Source: Zygnema circumcarinatum SAG 698-1b
Lineage: Eukaryota > Plantae > Zygnematophyceae
Assembly (NCBI GenBank): GCA_037447605.1
Contig: CM074805.1
Coordinates: forward strand, 4,621,361-4,685,360
Direction: 5' to 3'
DNA length: 64,000 nt
The notes under the pieces are model-generated. The model was not told the DNA's origin. It did not search any database and worked only from the letters and a program-made list of their open reading frames with translations. The position numbers were made by a program, and so were the translations under genes. Each line of letters starts with the position of its first letter. Positions within the stretch are counted from its first letter, which is position 1. Positions 48,150 through 60,498 of the stretch are shown here, piece by piece.

Positions 48150-49302
48150 CATCTAAACGTTGTCGGGCATGAATTCACGGTACAAAGAACGAGCGATAGC
48201 CTGCTCAGTCAGTCATTTACCGGGCAAGATTCAACAAAAAGTCAACGCTTACGCAGTGAAATCACCATTACCGTCGGAGACCCTCCTCTACAGATACATC
48301 CATCACTGTAATTGCAAGTGCAAACTAGGAAGTGGTAATTCAGCAATCACTTTTTGCATGTACATGTCCTGGGAGCTCCAAAACACGAGGTGACTAAGGC
48401 ATAAAAGGCATCGGACCTCGGAAGGCTGTTTTTTTGAAGACTGCGAAACAGCGCCATCTGTAGACTGCCGTGTGCGCTTCACTTCCGCACCTGTTGTGCT
48501 TAACCTCCGCTTGAAGCGGCTGTAAAGGTCCCTGTTCAGACAACAACAAGCTCTTTTGTAAGGATTAGGTGTATGGCTTAAAAAAAATTGCCAACACTAC
48601 CGCTAGTGTAGGTTCGCCGATACGAAATGTTTGTACTGAAAGAAAAAATATCTAGTACCTATCAAAGCATTATATTCGATGAGAAATACAATATATTGTT
48701 CCTTGTTCCACTTATAAAGTGAATATCTTGTTTGCTGTTACGATAAAAATAACTTGTTCCTTATTCGACTTATATTTGACTAAAGAGAGGATGTCTTGTC
48801 ATTTGTTCCACCAACAAGCCATTCAAAAATTACAATCTCTCGCATACGGAAAGGCCATTACTTGCTCTGCAGCGCCAAGGCCTCGCCCTTCCTGCCATCC
48901 CGCCTTCTTCAGGAGCTGCATCCCTCCATCCACCGTCAGCAAACACTAAGTTCCCAATCCTGAAGCCCCTCACCGCTCGCTCCATTCAAAAGAGCAGCTA
49001 AACCAAAAAATTGAGCTACAGCTTCATAAAATAATATCAAGAAAATAAAAACCTGGAAAGTGAAAAGATCGTCAAAAAATGTTGTAAAGGAAAAAACAAA
49101 CAAGTACAAAAAGAAACAAAAGGCCGCACTCACATGATAGCCTATCCCGCGCACTTGCTTTCCTCCCCCAGACGTGGCAGCGGCGAACGAGGAGGACGGG
49201 TCTCCTGCCTATCCCGCGCACTTGCTTTCCTCCCCCAGACGTGGCAGCGGAGAACGAGGAGGACGGGGTCTCCTGCCGCCACGTGTCCCCCTCCGCCGCC
49301 AT
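48150..49302 (-). pseudogene. G-patch gene copy C (disrupted)
   Basis: Exon 1 (ATG 49302, ...QVRGIGYH, donor near 49133) has a frame-breaking 67-bp tandem duplication; exon 3 has an 8-bp deletion relative to copy B; ~110 bp including the last-exon acceptor is deleted. Confidence 0.75.
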
Positions 49303-49659
49303 CCTTGGCAGCAGCAGCAGCAGCTGCAGCCATGCCTGCCTCCGAGCGAACTCAGTGCCAACCTTTGGCCCTGCGATACCAAAACCATTTCGAAAACAGT
49401 ACTCCTTACTGCTCATGAGCTACATCTGCATGTACTGATTTTGAGTTTGTTTTCTTCCCGACTTGCCAACCTTTGCTTCGGCACCTCGACGAGCTTTGTT
49501 GCCCTAGAAAGTACGGCACTTCGAAAAATGCTCCAGAAATTCCACGCGTGTGAACCCGAAAACGTGGAGATGCGTCCGTCGCAAGTGCGGGATTCCACGA
49601 ACGGTCCAGATCCATCCATACGGCACGAATAAATGTCTCGCTAGGACAGGCGCAGGTTC

Positions 49660-49845
49660 AATATGATGCGATACGATATAGTACAATACGCTACGCTATT
49701 GTACAATACGATGATATGAAATACAATACGCTACGATACGATACAATACGACACTACACTATAGAATACAATACGATACTATACTATAAATTAAAATTTG
49801 ACACGATATGACACTATACAGCACGTTACGATACGATACGTAAAC
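49660..49845 (+). repeat. Degenerate pentanucleotide array (GATAC/AATAC/CATAC-like)
   Basis: tacgatacgatacaatacgacactacactata... in the G-patch/NEMP divergent interval; a related GTATC array sits inside the MITE near 13910-13990. Confidence 0.75.
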
Positions 49846-50219
49846 CTTCGCTATATGTCGAAGCAGCGGAACCGTTCCATGTAACCATCGCGTTCGAACA
49901 GGCTATCGACTGCGATAAATTGATTTAGCACATCGAACGGCAGTGCCGTTAACATCGAACGGCCACGAAAGCCTCGCCGTTCATCGAACGGCGGCCGCAG
50001 TCCCAACCTTATCGGGTCGGCGCGGGACCAACGGACGGAATGGACGGACAGGAACGTGTGGGACCAAAAAGTCTGTCGGCTGGTTGCCTTCCCTGACACG
50101 GCAGGCCGGCTCCTCTCGGGAGCCAAAAGGCGCTCGGCCCTGCTTACACACACTTTCTTCTTCTCTTTCTTCTTCCCCTCAGGCGAGCGCTGCTGCGGGC
50201 GGACCTTTTGATCCGAGCC

Positions 50220-53200
50220 ATGGCGTTCGCATCGATATTTATCGCTCTCTTCCTCTTCTGCGTGCCTTTGGCGCGTGGAAACAACGCTGCTGTAGAGGAT
50301 GGTGCTGCTGCTGGAGGCATGCCAACCATGGTGGAAACAGGTGAGCTCAGTTGTGCTTGTTTCCCGTGCTTTCCCTTGCTTGATGGCAGCAGCAGCAATG
50401 ATTGCAAGATGTTGCTTAGGAACTGCGCAGTTTTCTGATTTCCTGTGGTGTCTTTTGCTGTAAGAAACGGCTTTTTCACGCTGTTTTCAAGCTTTTGTCA
50501 AGACCTTGCTCCGTTGCAGTAATATCGTGCAAGAAAGTTTGAATCTTTATTTTCTTTCGTGGCATCTAGGTGGCCTTACTGTCAGTGCTCCAGTTGAAAT
50601 TCTGGAATCAAGATACGTGTACGGAGCGAATCAGAATCCATTGCAGACTGTCATTCGATTCAGAGTCCCTGCTTGCTCACTCCATACGCGTGCAATGAAG
50701 TATTTTTTCGTCAGCAAGTTGATGGCATCGTTCAACGATGAGACCAGGCCTTCATATTGGAGCCGGTTGTCGACGACTTCCTCGAGTGCAGAGGTCTGTC
50801 TGCACAGGTAAGTTCACTGCATGCTGTGCTTTTTTTGGCTTCTCTTTCGTGGCTTGGCATGCTACTACTATTGCAAAGGGCATCGTGGATTCTTGCGCGT
50901 TTCCTTTGCTTTCAAAAAAGTCTGCAGTCGTTTTGTTTAACGACAGGAATTAGGAACTTTGCCTCTCAGTTTCAGTAGTTTTACAGTTTTCTTGCTGTTT
51001 TTTCTTATCTTTTCTCGCCTTTTTGTTGCAGGAATGAGAGCATTGAAATGGGCTCGTGCCTTGTTGCTTGGATTCCTTTAAAAAAGACGGCAACCCTGAC
51101 TTTCCTTGTGTACCATTCTGAAGTTACTTATGTGGACATTAAGATTCCTTTAAACGGAGGACTTTCGAATGCCAAATTACAGGTGCAACTCACAGAAGGT
51201 ACGTGCTGACATCTTTCAAAAGTACAGCCTTGCAGGGCAGGCTTTCAAGAAGAGAAACAGTGTTCTTTTTTTTGGAGTAGATCGATAGACATTTCTTTGC
51301 TTGGGTTTCTGGCTGATCCTTATTTTGCTGTGTGGGGAACTGCGGTGTTTGCAGAATTCTGTATTTATCGCGTATATCTCTTCATTTTGGGCGTCTTCTT
51401 GTTCTTGATGGCTCCGATTCTAAGCCAATGGCTGCTATTTTATTATAGCAGCGGAATGCTTTTTGGAGTTGCTGTTATTGCATTCATTCTACCGTATAAG
51501 GTATTTTCTTCAGCCATTTGAGGCATGTTGACATGTTTCTAGATCTGTGAGTGTTTTGAGCTCTTGATCCATCCAACCACCCAATTTCAATTGCTAGCCG
51601 ACACATTTTGGTGCTTAGGATTAATTTTGGCTGTAAGAGGGTATGTTTGCAGGCCTTTCGACAAGCGCCGACTGTTGGGCAAGGCTTATGGTATATTTTA
51701 TTTTTGGGGTCCATTGTAAGTTGTTAACCTCGCGTCACGCGTCATCATCATCCTGTCGTTACTTTGAAATGTCTTGCTACGTTTTCTAGAATGTTTCTAA
51801 GCAGTCAATGCATCATTCAGATGGACGAAAACTGATTTCAAGGTTAACTGATTGGTTGATTACATTGGTTTCAGATTGCGATGTATTGTGCATTTCAATC
51901 TAGAACTGATTGGTGAATCCTCAGTTTGGCTATTTGTTTCATCATCGTGGCTTTCAGAAAAATGTGCTAAAATGTGGGTTTTCCGTTCCCTTTTGTTATT
52001 TTATGGCAGACGGGAATCGGTTACATTGGACAACTCTATTTCTTGTTTCAAGCATTGGATGCAATGCAAAGTGGACATGGAGAGGCAGCCACTTCGGTAA
52101 GTTGCTTCTGCCTATTCTTCTGCCTTCCAACATAGGATTGCAACAAGAAAAATTGACATTATTAACAATTTTTTTATTGGTTTTAATTTCTGTGCAGATT
52201 CTTATATTATCAATCGTTATGTTTCTTCTGATTGGAGCTGGGCTCGGATATTGGACTACTCGGAGTATCATATTGACATCCGAAGGCACCATAACTCCTT
52301 CCATTGCTGAATTCGTGAAGTGGGCGATGCGCATCATGTCTATAGCTCTCCTCAGTCAGGTAATTCTTTCCCTTTCTCTTTTGTTGAATACAGCTGCTTC
52401 ATGAGAGGAAGTTATGTCTTTTTTTTTCAATTTGAGGTGAAAATTTTGACTATAGATGATTTGTTTGATTGAATGTACAATTTCAATATGTCTAATGGTG
52501 TCCTCAATTCTGATGTATTCATATGGGAATTGCAGAGTTCTCACGATCTCGAAGACTCTACATTTGCCGTTCTATTGGTGGCTATCGCCTCGCAGTTGCT
52601 TCACGTACAACTTTGGTATGTCTTAGCTGAACTGCCTTTTATTATTTCTGGATTGTAGCTGAACCATGTTTGGGGAATCGGGCAATTCAAAGGAAACATT
52701 TTTATGTTTTTGTGGCTCGTCGTGTCGGATGTAGTCATTTCTCTCTTTTTATTCTTGTACGTTTGCGCTATGTGCAGGAGACTGACCAAGCAAAGGAGTA
52801 CTTGTGAGGAAAACAGTTTTGATCCTACAATTGGCGGTAGGTCTTCAAAAGACAACACCGGTCATTTTTTGATTGTTGTATGCAAGATGCAAATGAAGTC
52901 AGCTGCTGTCGAGGGATTGAGATGTGATGTCAGTTGAAATCGAGTTTGCAGTTAACTTGGATATGGCTGCTCGTCTTTTTGCGTTGTGTCAATCTTTTTT
53001 GTCATAAGAGATAGATCTCAAACTGTTTCTCGTTCTTTGCTGGTACTTGCGTTGGTGCTTGAACTGAGTTTTCCTTCGGTTTTTATGCAGGTGACTATGG
53101 GAAAGATTGCATTCCCATGCATATCCAAGAGCGGGCATACGTCTCGTCTTTCCATGTCTCTCAACGTCGAAGACTCCGAAGCCCACAAGAAGCGGCTGCC

Positions 53201-53308
53201 ATCTCTCAAGCATGCACGCAAGTGGCTCTCGGCGATTTGGTACAATCGGCTGAATTTAAGATATGGGCGCATAGGAACCAGACGTCGGTTTGTTCCTACT
53301 ACCGATAG
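50220..53308 (+). CDS. NEMP1: NEMP1/TMEM194 (DUF2215; plant PNET2-like) inner nuclear membrane protein
   Basis: Signal-peptide-like start, FYYSSGMLFG, GAGLGYW...IAEFVKWAMRI..SQSS transmembrane block, C-terminal YVSSFH..RRR...TQVALGDLVQSAEFKIWAHRN. Some internal exon boundaries and the stop are approximate. Confidence 0.85.
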
Positions 53309-56052
53309 ATCAGGGCAGGATTGGGGTACCTTCAAAAAGATGGTGGGAGTACTCCACATGCCAATGTTTGGTATCTCGAAGGAAGCGCCTTCGGGTTTGA
53401 CTCTCTTCATGCACAAAAAAGGCCAAAAGGGGCCCGTGAAGAAGCCGAGAGGACGAGGGATTGTTTGGCACGTTGCAAGGAAGCGGGTCGAGAAATTCAG
53501 GAGGAGCTCAATAAGTGGGCAATTGCCGAATAAGTTAGAACGTTTGTGACGAAAATGAGGTGGTTGTAGCCTTTGGTTGCAAGCGGATGCAAGAGTTTGC
53601 AAGGCTGAAAATAGTGGTACTTGCTTTTTTTCTGGGCGCGACTGTAAATATTTATTGCAGATGTTTTATAGGAGCAAGTCCTATCTATTTTTTGGCTTTG
53701 CCAGTGCTTTGTCGTCCAGTGATAGCAAAAGTCTAACACAGTTTGGGTCGGTCAAAGTTGGTCAGTCTAGGGGGTGGTAGTTGATGTCAAACTTTTGTTG
53801 CGTCTTCTCTTCCATTGATTTTTGTTATGGAATATTCTCTCTCTTTCAGCAGGAGAGTGGGGGGTTGATCATCGAAACCTTGTGAAGTACTTGGTTTTAG
53901 ATGACCCACTTTCCTCTTTAGGTAGTCGAGTGATTGGCTCACCTTTTGTCAAGCCAACACTTTCCCTTTTTGTCCCTTGAAATAGCGATTTGCTATGCTG
54001 TTGAAGTTAAACACCGTTGTGTTGCAATGCATGTCATGATTTTGCCTCTCAATGGAGAAGTGTGCGACCACTTTGAGATCATTCTGTGTAAATCAACTGG
54101 CACGACTTTGCTCTCATACCGGTCTACTATGTGCTGCTCTCTGATCACATGAGGCGCTTCCCATTGTCCAGTGCATGCGATTTTTTCTTGGATGCACGTG
54201 ATCTGTGGAAGAATGTCCTCTTAAGTGTAATGGTATGATGCACTGCCACACATCGATGGTTGGAAGATTACAGCTTGTGCCTTGACGAGCTCCTCGTGAG
54301 GAACTGAGGCCTGGCGAGTACTGAGTAGCAGTGACTCGCATCGCTCAGGCTCAAGGCTCAGCCCCTTATGAATTAAAAATCGTAGAACCATTTTTCAGGA
54401 GTATGTCATATTTTGCACAAGGCCCGGATCCCCCCAGAGACGGGATGGCCGTAAAACTATTATAATTTGTAAAAATAATTTTAAACCAGTATTTTTACAT
54501 AGTGGGTGGTTTAAAATTTCTATTTAAACCACCCTTTATTTATCTACATGTGATACGAAGCGGTCGCATAGCATGGCTCGGGACTAAACAGAAAGTTAAA
54601 GTAAAACCAAAAAGGTAAACCAATCTTTCGTGTGTGATGGATGGGTCCTAAGCGCTTTATTTTCTCGAATGAGAAGACACAAGACGAGGCAGAGGGGTAA
54701 GCAGTAACCACAACCCTGACTGTTCTACGAACCAACCTGCATTCTGTAAAGAAAGAAAGGCAAAGAAAAAGGAGAAGAAGAAGAAGGAGAAAATGAAACA
54801 GATGACGAAAAAAGATAAAAAAACGAAGAAGAAAAAAAAACGGAGGAGGAGAAGAGAAGGTAAGGAAAAGGAGAAGGTCTAAGAAGGTCGCTTTATCTGA
54901 TCCTAAAAGTTGTAAGCACTGTGCAAATATTTCTCTCTGACAAAAGAAAACTGTTCTCGTGCTCCCTTCCTTCCTCCTTTCGTCCTTTCTCTCTCCCTCT
55001 CCTTCTCTCATTCGAAGGACCACCTCGCGATTGCAAGTCAAAGGTCAGTGGCGACAAAATCACGCGATCGAAAGTTTATGTTTCCGTGGTTTGAAAATTA
55101 AAGTGCCGCTTCATGAGCTTCACGAAAAGATGAGCTTTTGCAAGATCCGCTGAGCTCTGATTGGCCAAAATGTACCAATCAGATTCAACCTTGGTCACCT
55201 GTTCAAGCACAAAACGGACCACATTTCAGGAGCCGATAGTGTCATTTCTACTTTCATGTCCTCCCTCTCCCTCTCCCCCGGTGTGAACGAAGCCTTTGTG
55301 TTTTCGTAAACTGCCTCATCTAAAAGCCTTGTCATATTAATAGATATTGATAGATTCAAAATCTTCTACAAAGAGACTAAGTTTGAGTGTTCTCCAGCTA
55401 GCAACTTCGCAGATGTGACCATTCAGGGCGTGCTCGCGCGGGAACAAGGCTCTACTTTTCAATTACCTTTTTCTTTAGCAAAAAGAAACCACTCTCCCTC
55501 TCTCTTTCGTCTTCCCAGCATTGGTCTCTCCCTCCTTCACGCCCCCTCCCTTTCCCCCCGAACCCCTCATGTCTTTGACCCCTTCCATTCTTCCCAATCT
55601 TAATGTTAACTTCCTCCTCCTCCTTTCTCCACCCGCCTTATCTATCCTGCCTCTCCCTCCTCTGCCCCCTCCTCACCCTCCCTTCTCCCTTCTCCGTTTC
55701 CCGTCTCCCTCCAGCCACAAACTCACATTGGTGATCCACGAGGTATTCGAGGTAGATGTGTTCGAGGTCGAGCCGCACTCCCGCCCTTCCCTGTACGTCC
55801 AGCCACTCCCAATATCTGCCCCCTCCCTCCTCAACCCTCAGACCATATTACAAGTCTACCCTGTACCCTCTCCCTCTCCCTCTCCCTCTCCCTCTCTCTC
55901 TTGGCAAAAAGAGGCAACTCCAAGTCTGACGATAAGCAACATTTTCCAAAGTTTTTTTTTTGTTTAGGAATTGTAAACACACAGGAGGCAAAAAGAAAAC
56001 ATGAAATTTAGGTATCCGAAGCAACTCGCGACTTGTACATTCTTGCAAGCAG

Positions 56053-56124
56053 TGATCCAGCCAGGATTTGAACCTGGGACCTGTGGTGTCTGGCCACAGT
56101 GTGTTACCACTACACCACTGGACC
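56053..56124 (-). tRNA. Atypical tRNA-like gene (72 nt); identity ambiguous, best-fold anticodon AGA; possible pseudogene or SINE head
   Basis: GGTCCAG-TG-GTGT-AGTGGTA-ACAC-A-CTGTGG-CCAGACA-CCACAG-GTC-CCAGG-TTCAAAT-CCTGG-CTGGATC-A. Acceptor, D and T stems fully paired; A and B boxes intact; T-runs ~50 nt downstream; anticodon arm non-canonical. Confidence 0.65.
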
Positions 56125-56231
56125 GTGAAAACAAACTATTTCCGACAAGACGCAAAAAAAAGGGGAAAAATGAAAAAGTACAGCACACACTTGATTCAGT
56201 ATTCATGTGGAAAACTAACCATCACATGCAC

Positions 56232-57312
56232 GTAAGGGGTCGTCTTCCTCCTCTTCCTCCTCTTCCTCCTCTTCCTCCTCCTTCCTCTCCTTCACACCTT
56301 TCTTCCCTTTGGTGCTCTCACTATACCGAGATGCCCCAAGAGGGTCCACTTCAAACACTCCGACCAGCTCCTCATACACCGAGTCACTTGTGACACTTGT
56401 CTCCTCCCCCGGTGTGAACGAAGCTGTTAAAAATTAAGACGTATCATTGTTCCCAAAATCGTAAAATTTATGATCCATGCACTCGCCCACCTCGTTCTCA
56501 GGCTCCCACTCGCCTTGAGGGCCCTGCATCCCCTCGTCGCCCTTCCTCCCTCCCTCCCTCTCTTCCCCCCTTCCTCCCACCATTGCTGCTATTTGCTCCT
56601 GAAAAAGCTCTGTCGCTAGATCACGTCCCCACTGTATCCTATATCCATCTGCGCCTTTTTTCCTGCTGCCTCCACTCATATCCTGACTAGCAGAGCCCCT
56701 TTGTGTAGGAATATCTGCATGATTTCCAGAATCATCCCGCCTTTCTTCAGAGTCTTCAACGATTTGTATCGCTTTTGCGTTCTTGAGCACTTTGGGAGTC
56801 TTGGGGCTTTTAGGTCCTTTAGGGTCCTGAGCGTCTTTAGTCGTTTTAGGTTTCCTGGGGCTCTTGATGGCTTTACCACCTTTAGAAATCTCACGACTCA
56901 AGAGTTCTTGTCGTTCTGCGAAATTTCCTCCTTGAATTTCACCCATTTCAAAGCTCTCTCCTTCACGTAGTTCCCGTTGACCGCTCTCATTTCCTTTCCC
57001 TACCCCTTCCCTCTCCCTCTCCCTCTCCCCCTTCCCATCCCCCTCAATATCTCCCATTCCCTCTCCCGCCCACCCCCCCTCCACTTCATTACGTCTTTCT
57101 CGAATCTCCTGCAATGATTTCTCTAAATCATTCTCTAACTTCCTATCCAAAGTGTTGTTCTCCAAATCAAAACTAGAAGCTGGGATTTGCTGCTGCACAA
57201 CTTGACCTACATCCTCTGGAACGTCAATCACCTTATTCTTCCTTGGCCTTCCTCTCTTCGCTCTCTCCTTTCCTGGTAACTGCGCTGCTTGCACCGTTAC
57301 CACCCCCTCTCC
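56232..57312 (-). CDS. AT-hook repeat protein, divergent copy 1 (5' end in gap; downstream exons unresolved)
   Basis: Exon 57312-56491 (AKRGRPRKNK; extra SPRKPKTTKDAQDPKGPKSPKTPK segment) splices in phase 0 to exon 56423-~56232 (LRSHRGEE...EEEEDDP). Confidence 0.6.
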
Positions 57313-57322
57313 NNNNNNNNNN

Positions 57323-57910
57323 ACGTCTTTCGCGAATCTCCTGCAATGATTTCTCTAAATCATTCTCTATCTTCCTATCCAAAGGATTGTTCTCCAAATC
57401 AAAACTAGAAGCTGGTATTTGCTGCTGCACAGCTTGACCTAAAACACCCTCTGGAACGTCAATCACCTTATACTTCCTTGGCCTTCCTCTCTTCGCTCTC
57501 TCCTTTCCTGGTGACTGCGCTACTTGCACCGTACCCACCCCCTCTCCTCTCTTCCTGTCATTATCTGCAGCCATGATTTCAATTGCTTTGATTTTCGCTC
57601 CCTCTCCCTTTCCCTCTCCCTCCCACTCCCCCTCCACATCGTGACGACTTTCTCAAATCTCCTCCAATGCTTTTTCTGAATTATTCTCTACTTTCCTACC
57701 CAAAGCGTTCTTCTCCACATCAGAATTAGAAGCTGGCATTTGCTGCTGCATAGCTTGATCTAACACATCCTTTGAAACGTCAATCACCTTCGTCTTCCTT
57801 GGTCTCCCGAGTAGCTACGAGTTCAACTGCTTTGATCTTCACTCACTCTCCCTTCCACTACCCCTCCACTTCGTTACGACTTTCTCGAATCTCCTCCAAA
57901 GATTTCTCAT
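57323..57910 (-). pseudogene. 5'-truncated AT-hook gene fragment fused to G-patch 3' flank (duplication breakpoint)
   Basis: One complete repeat unit plus a deleted, degenerate unit; homology ends near 57910 and switches to the AAAGAACAATCC... G-patch downstream sequence. Confidence 0.6.
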
Positions 57911-58484
57911 CATCATTTTTCATCAAGTTTTATATAAAGAACAATCCAGGGGAGGAAAAAAAGGGCTTCAGTTTTGGGGATGGGTCTCGAAAGCCACCCC
58001 CTGAAAGCAACCTCCGCACACAAGCTCTGGCTAAAACCAAACCCTAAAATTCTGGCCAGACGTGCGACTGACTGAAGACCTAAATTAACTAACTCAACAA
58101 TCAAGGCATTCTGGCATCTGATCGTAAGTGAAATTCCTGAAGCAAATATGCTCTCCGAAAAACGAATATGAACAGTAACGGAGCAGGAGTGGGCGAAACT
58201 TGAATGAAACAGTAACTGTAGCAACTGGCCTACTCCAATTTGTCGAACCTCCCACTCCCACTCTCACTCTCCTCAACTTCACAACATCACTATGGCATGA
58301 TGCTCCTGCTCCGATATCCACACCTTAAGCGGCTGCCAATAACATCACCGTGACAAACGCCTATCATATTTTCGCTTCCATAGAGGCGTGCTCAACAGGA
58401 GTAAAGGAGTGCTGTCGCATCTGCATGCTCAACAAGAGACACTTAGGGTTGCTCCTTTTCACAACTTCGCCACANNNNNNNNNN

Positions 58485-60488
58485 CTCCTCTTCCTCCTCT
58501 TCCTCCTCCTTCCTCTCCTTCACACCTTTCTTCCCTTTGGTGCTCTCACTATACCGAGATGCCCCAAGAGGGTCCACTTCAAACACTCCGACCAGCTCCT
58601 CATACACCGAGTCACTTGTGACACTTGTCTCCTCCCCCGGTGTGAACGAAGCTGTTAAAAATTAAGACGTATCATTGTTCCCAAAATCGTAAAATTTATG
58701 ATCCATGCACTCGCCCACCTCGTTCTCAGGCTCCCACTCGCCTTGAGGGCCCTGCATCCCCTCGTCGCCCTTCCTCCCTCCCTCCCTCTCTTCCCCCCTT
58801 CCTCCCACCATTGCTGCTATTTGCTCCTGAAAAAGCTCTGTCGCTAGATCACGTCCCCACTGTATCCTATATCCATCTGCGCCTTTTTTCCTGCTGCATC
58901 CACTCACATCCTGACTAGCAAAGCCCCTTTGTGTAGGAATATCTGCATGATTTCCAGAATTATCCCGCCTTTCTTCAGAGTCTTCAACGATTTGCATCGC
59001 TTTGGCTTTACCACCTTTAGAAATCTCACGACTCAAGAGTTCTTGTCCTTCTGCGAAATTTCCTCCTTGAATTTCGCCCATTTCAAAGCTCTCTCCTTCA
59101 CGTAGTTCCCGTTGACAGCTCTCATTTCCTTTCCCTACCCCTTCCTTCTCCCCCTTCCCGTCCCCCTCAATATCTCCAATTCCCTCTCCCGCCCACCCCC
59201 CCTCCACTACTATACGTCTTTCGCGAATCTCCTGCAATGATTTCTCTAAATCATTCTCTATCTTCCTATCCAAAGGATTGTTCTCCAAATCAAAACTAGA
59301 AGCTGGTATTTGCTGCTGCACAGCTTGACCTAAAACACCCTCTGGAACGTCAATCACCTTATACTTCCTTGGCCTTCCTCTCTTCGCTCTCTCCTTTCCT
59401 GGTGACTGCGCTACTTGCACCGTACCCACCCCCTCTCCTCTCTTCCTGTCATTATCTGCAGCCATGATTTCAATTGCTTTGATTTTCGCTACCTCTCCCT
59501 TTCCCTCTCCTTCCCACTCCCCCTCCACATCGTGACGACTTTCTCGAATCTCCTCCAATGATTTTTCTGAATTATTCTCTACTTTCCTACCCAAAGCGTT
59601 CTCCTCCACATCGGAATTAGAAGCTGGCATTTGCTGCTGCATATCTTGACCTAACGCATCCTTTGGAACGTCAATCACCTTCGTCTTCCTTGGTCTCCCT
59701 CTCTTCCCTCTCTCCTTTCCTGGTAATTGCGCTGCTTGCACCGTACCCTCCCCATCTCCTCCTTTCCTGTCATTATCTGCAGCCACGAGTTCAATTGCTT
59801 TGATCATCACTCCCTCTCCATTCCACTCCCCCTCCACTTCGTAACGACTTTCTCGAATCTCCTCCAACGATTTTTCTAAATTATTCTCTACTTTCCTACC
59901 CAAAGCGTTTTTCTCCACATCAGAATTAGAAGCTGGCATTTGCTGCTGCATAGCTTGACCTAACACATCCTTTGGAACGTCAATCACCTTCGTCGTCCTT
60001 GGTCTCCCTCTCTTCCCTCTCCCCTTTCCTGGTAATTGCGCTGCTTGCAGCGCACCCTCCCCCTCTCCTCCTTCCCTGTCAATATCTGCAGCCACGAGTT
60101 CAATTTCTTTGGTCTTCGCTCTGATCCTCCGTTGCAGTTTTAAGCCTCTCGCATCCTCCGCACCTCCGAATCCACCTCCCTCTCTTTCCTTCTTGTCATC
60201 TTCTGCATTCCATATCTCAATGCTTATAATCTTCCTGGTTCCCCTTCCGATTACCTTCTTCCTCCCCCTTCCATCTTCCTTCCCCACCTCTCCTTCCTTT
60301 CCCTCCTTTCCCTCCTTGACCTCCTCACTCCCCTTCGCCCGCCCCGAGTCAGGGCCCTTCCGACTACCTAACGCGGCGAAAATCGCCCCTCCTCTTCCAC
60401 TCTCCTCCCATCCCCTCCCACCTCCCCAGACCCTCCTGCAAGAGAGAGAGAGAGCGCAGGCGGGAGAGAGAACGAGAGATCGCGAGAG
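58485..60488 (-). repeat. Near-identical duplicate of 60499-62488 (AT-hook gene), gap-bounded
   Basis: The ORF differs from copy 3 by essentially one substitution (GVGTVQ vs GVVTVQ); both ends abut 10-N gaps. Confidence 0.8.
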
Positions 60489-60498
60489 NNNNNNNNNN

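Noticed and set aside
4063-49302. Functional cluster of RNA/translation genes (ABCE1, eIF4A-III, DARS, G-patch)
   Set aside because: They are interspersed with unrelated genes in mixed orientation; such housekeeping genes are common enough for chance proximity.
56053-56124. tRNA-Pyl or tRNA-Sec identity for the atypical tRNA
   Set aside because: The anticodon is neither CUA nor UCA, there is no long variable arm, and the D loop and 8-9 linker are of standard type.
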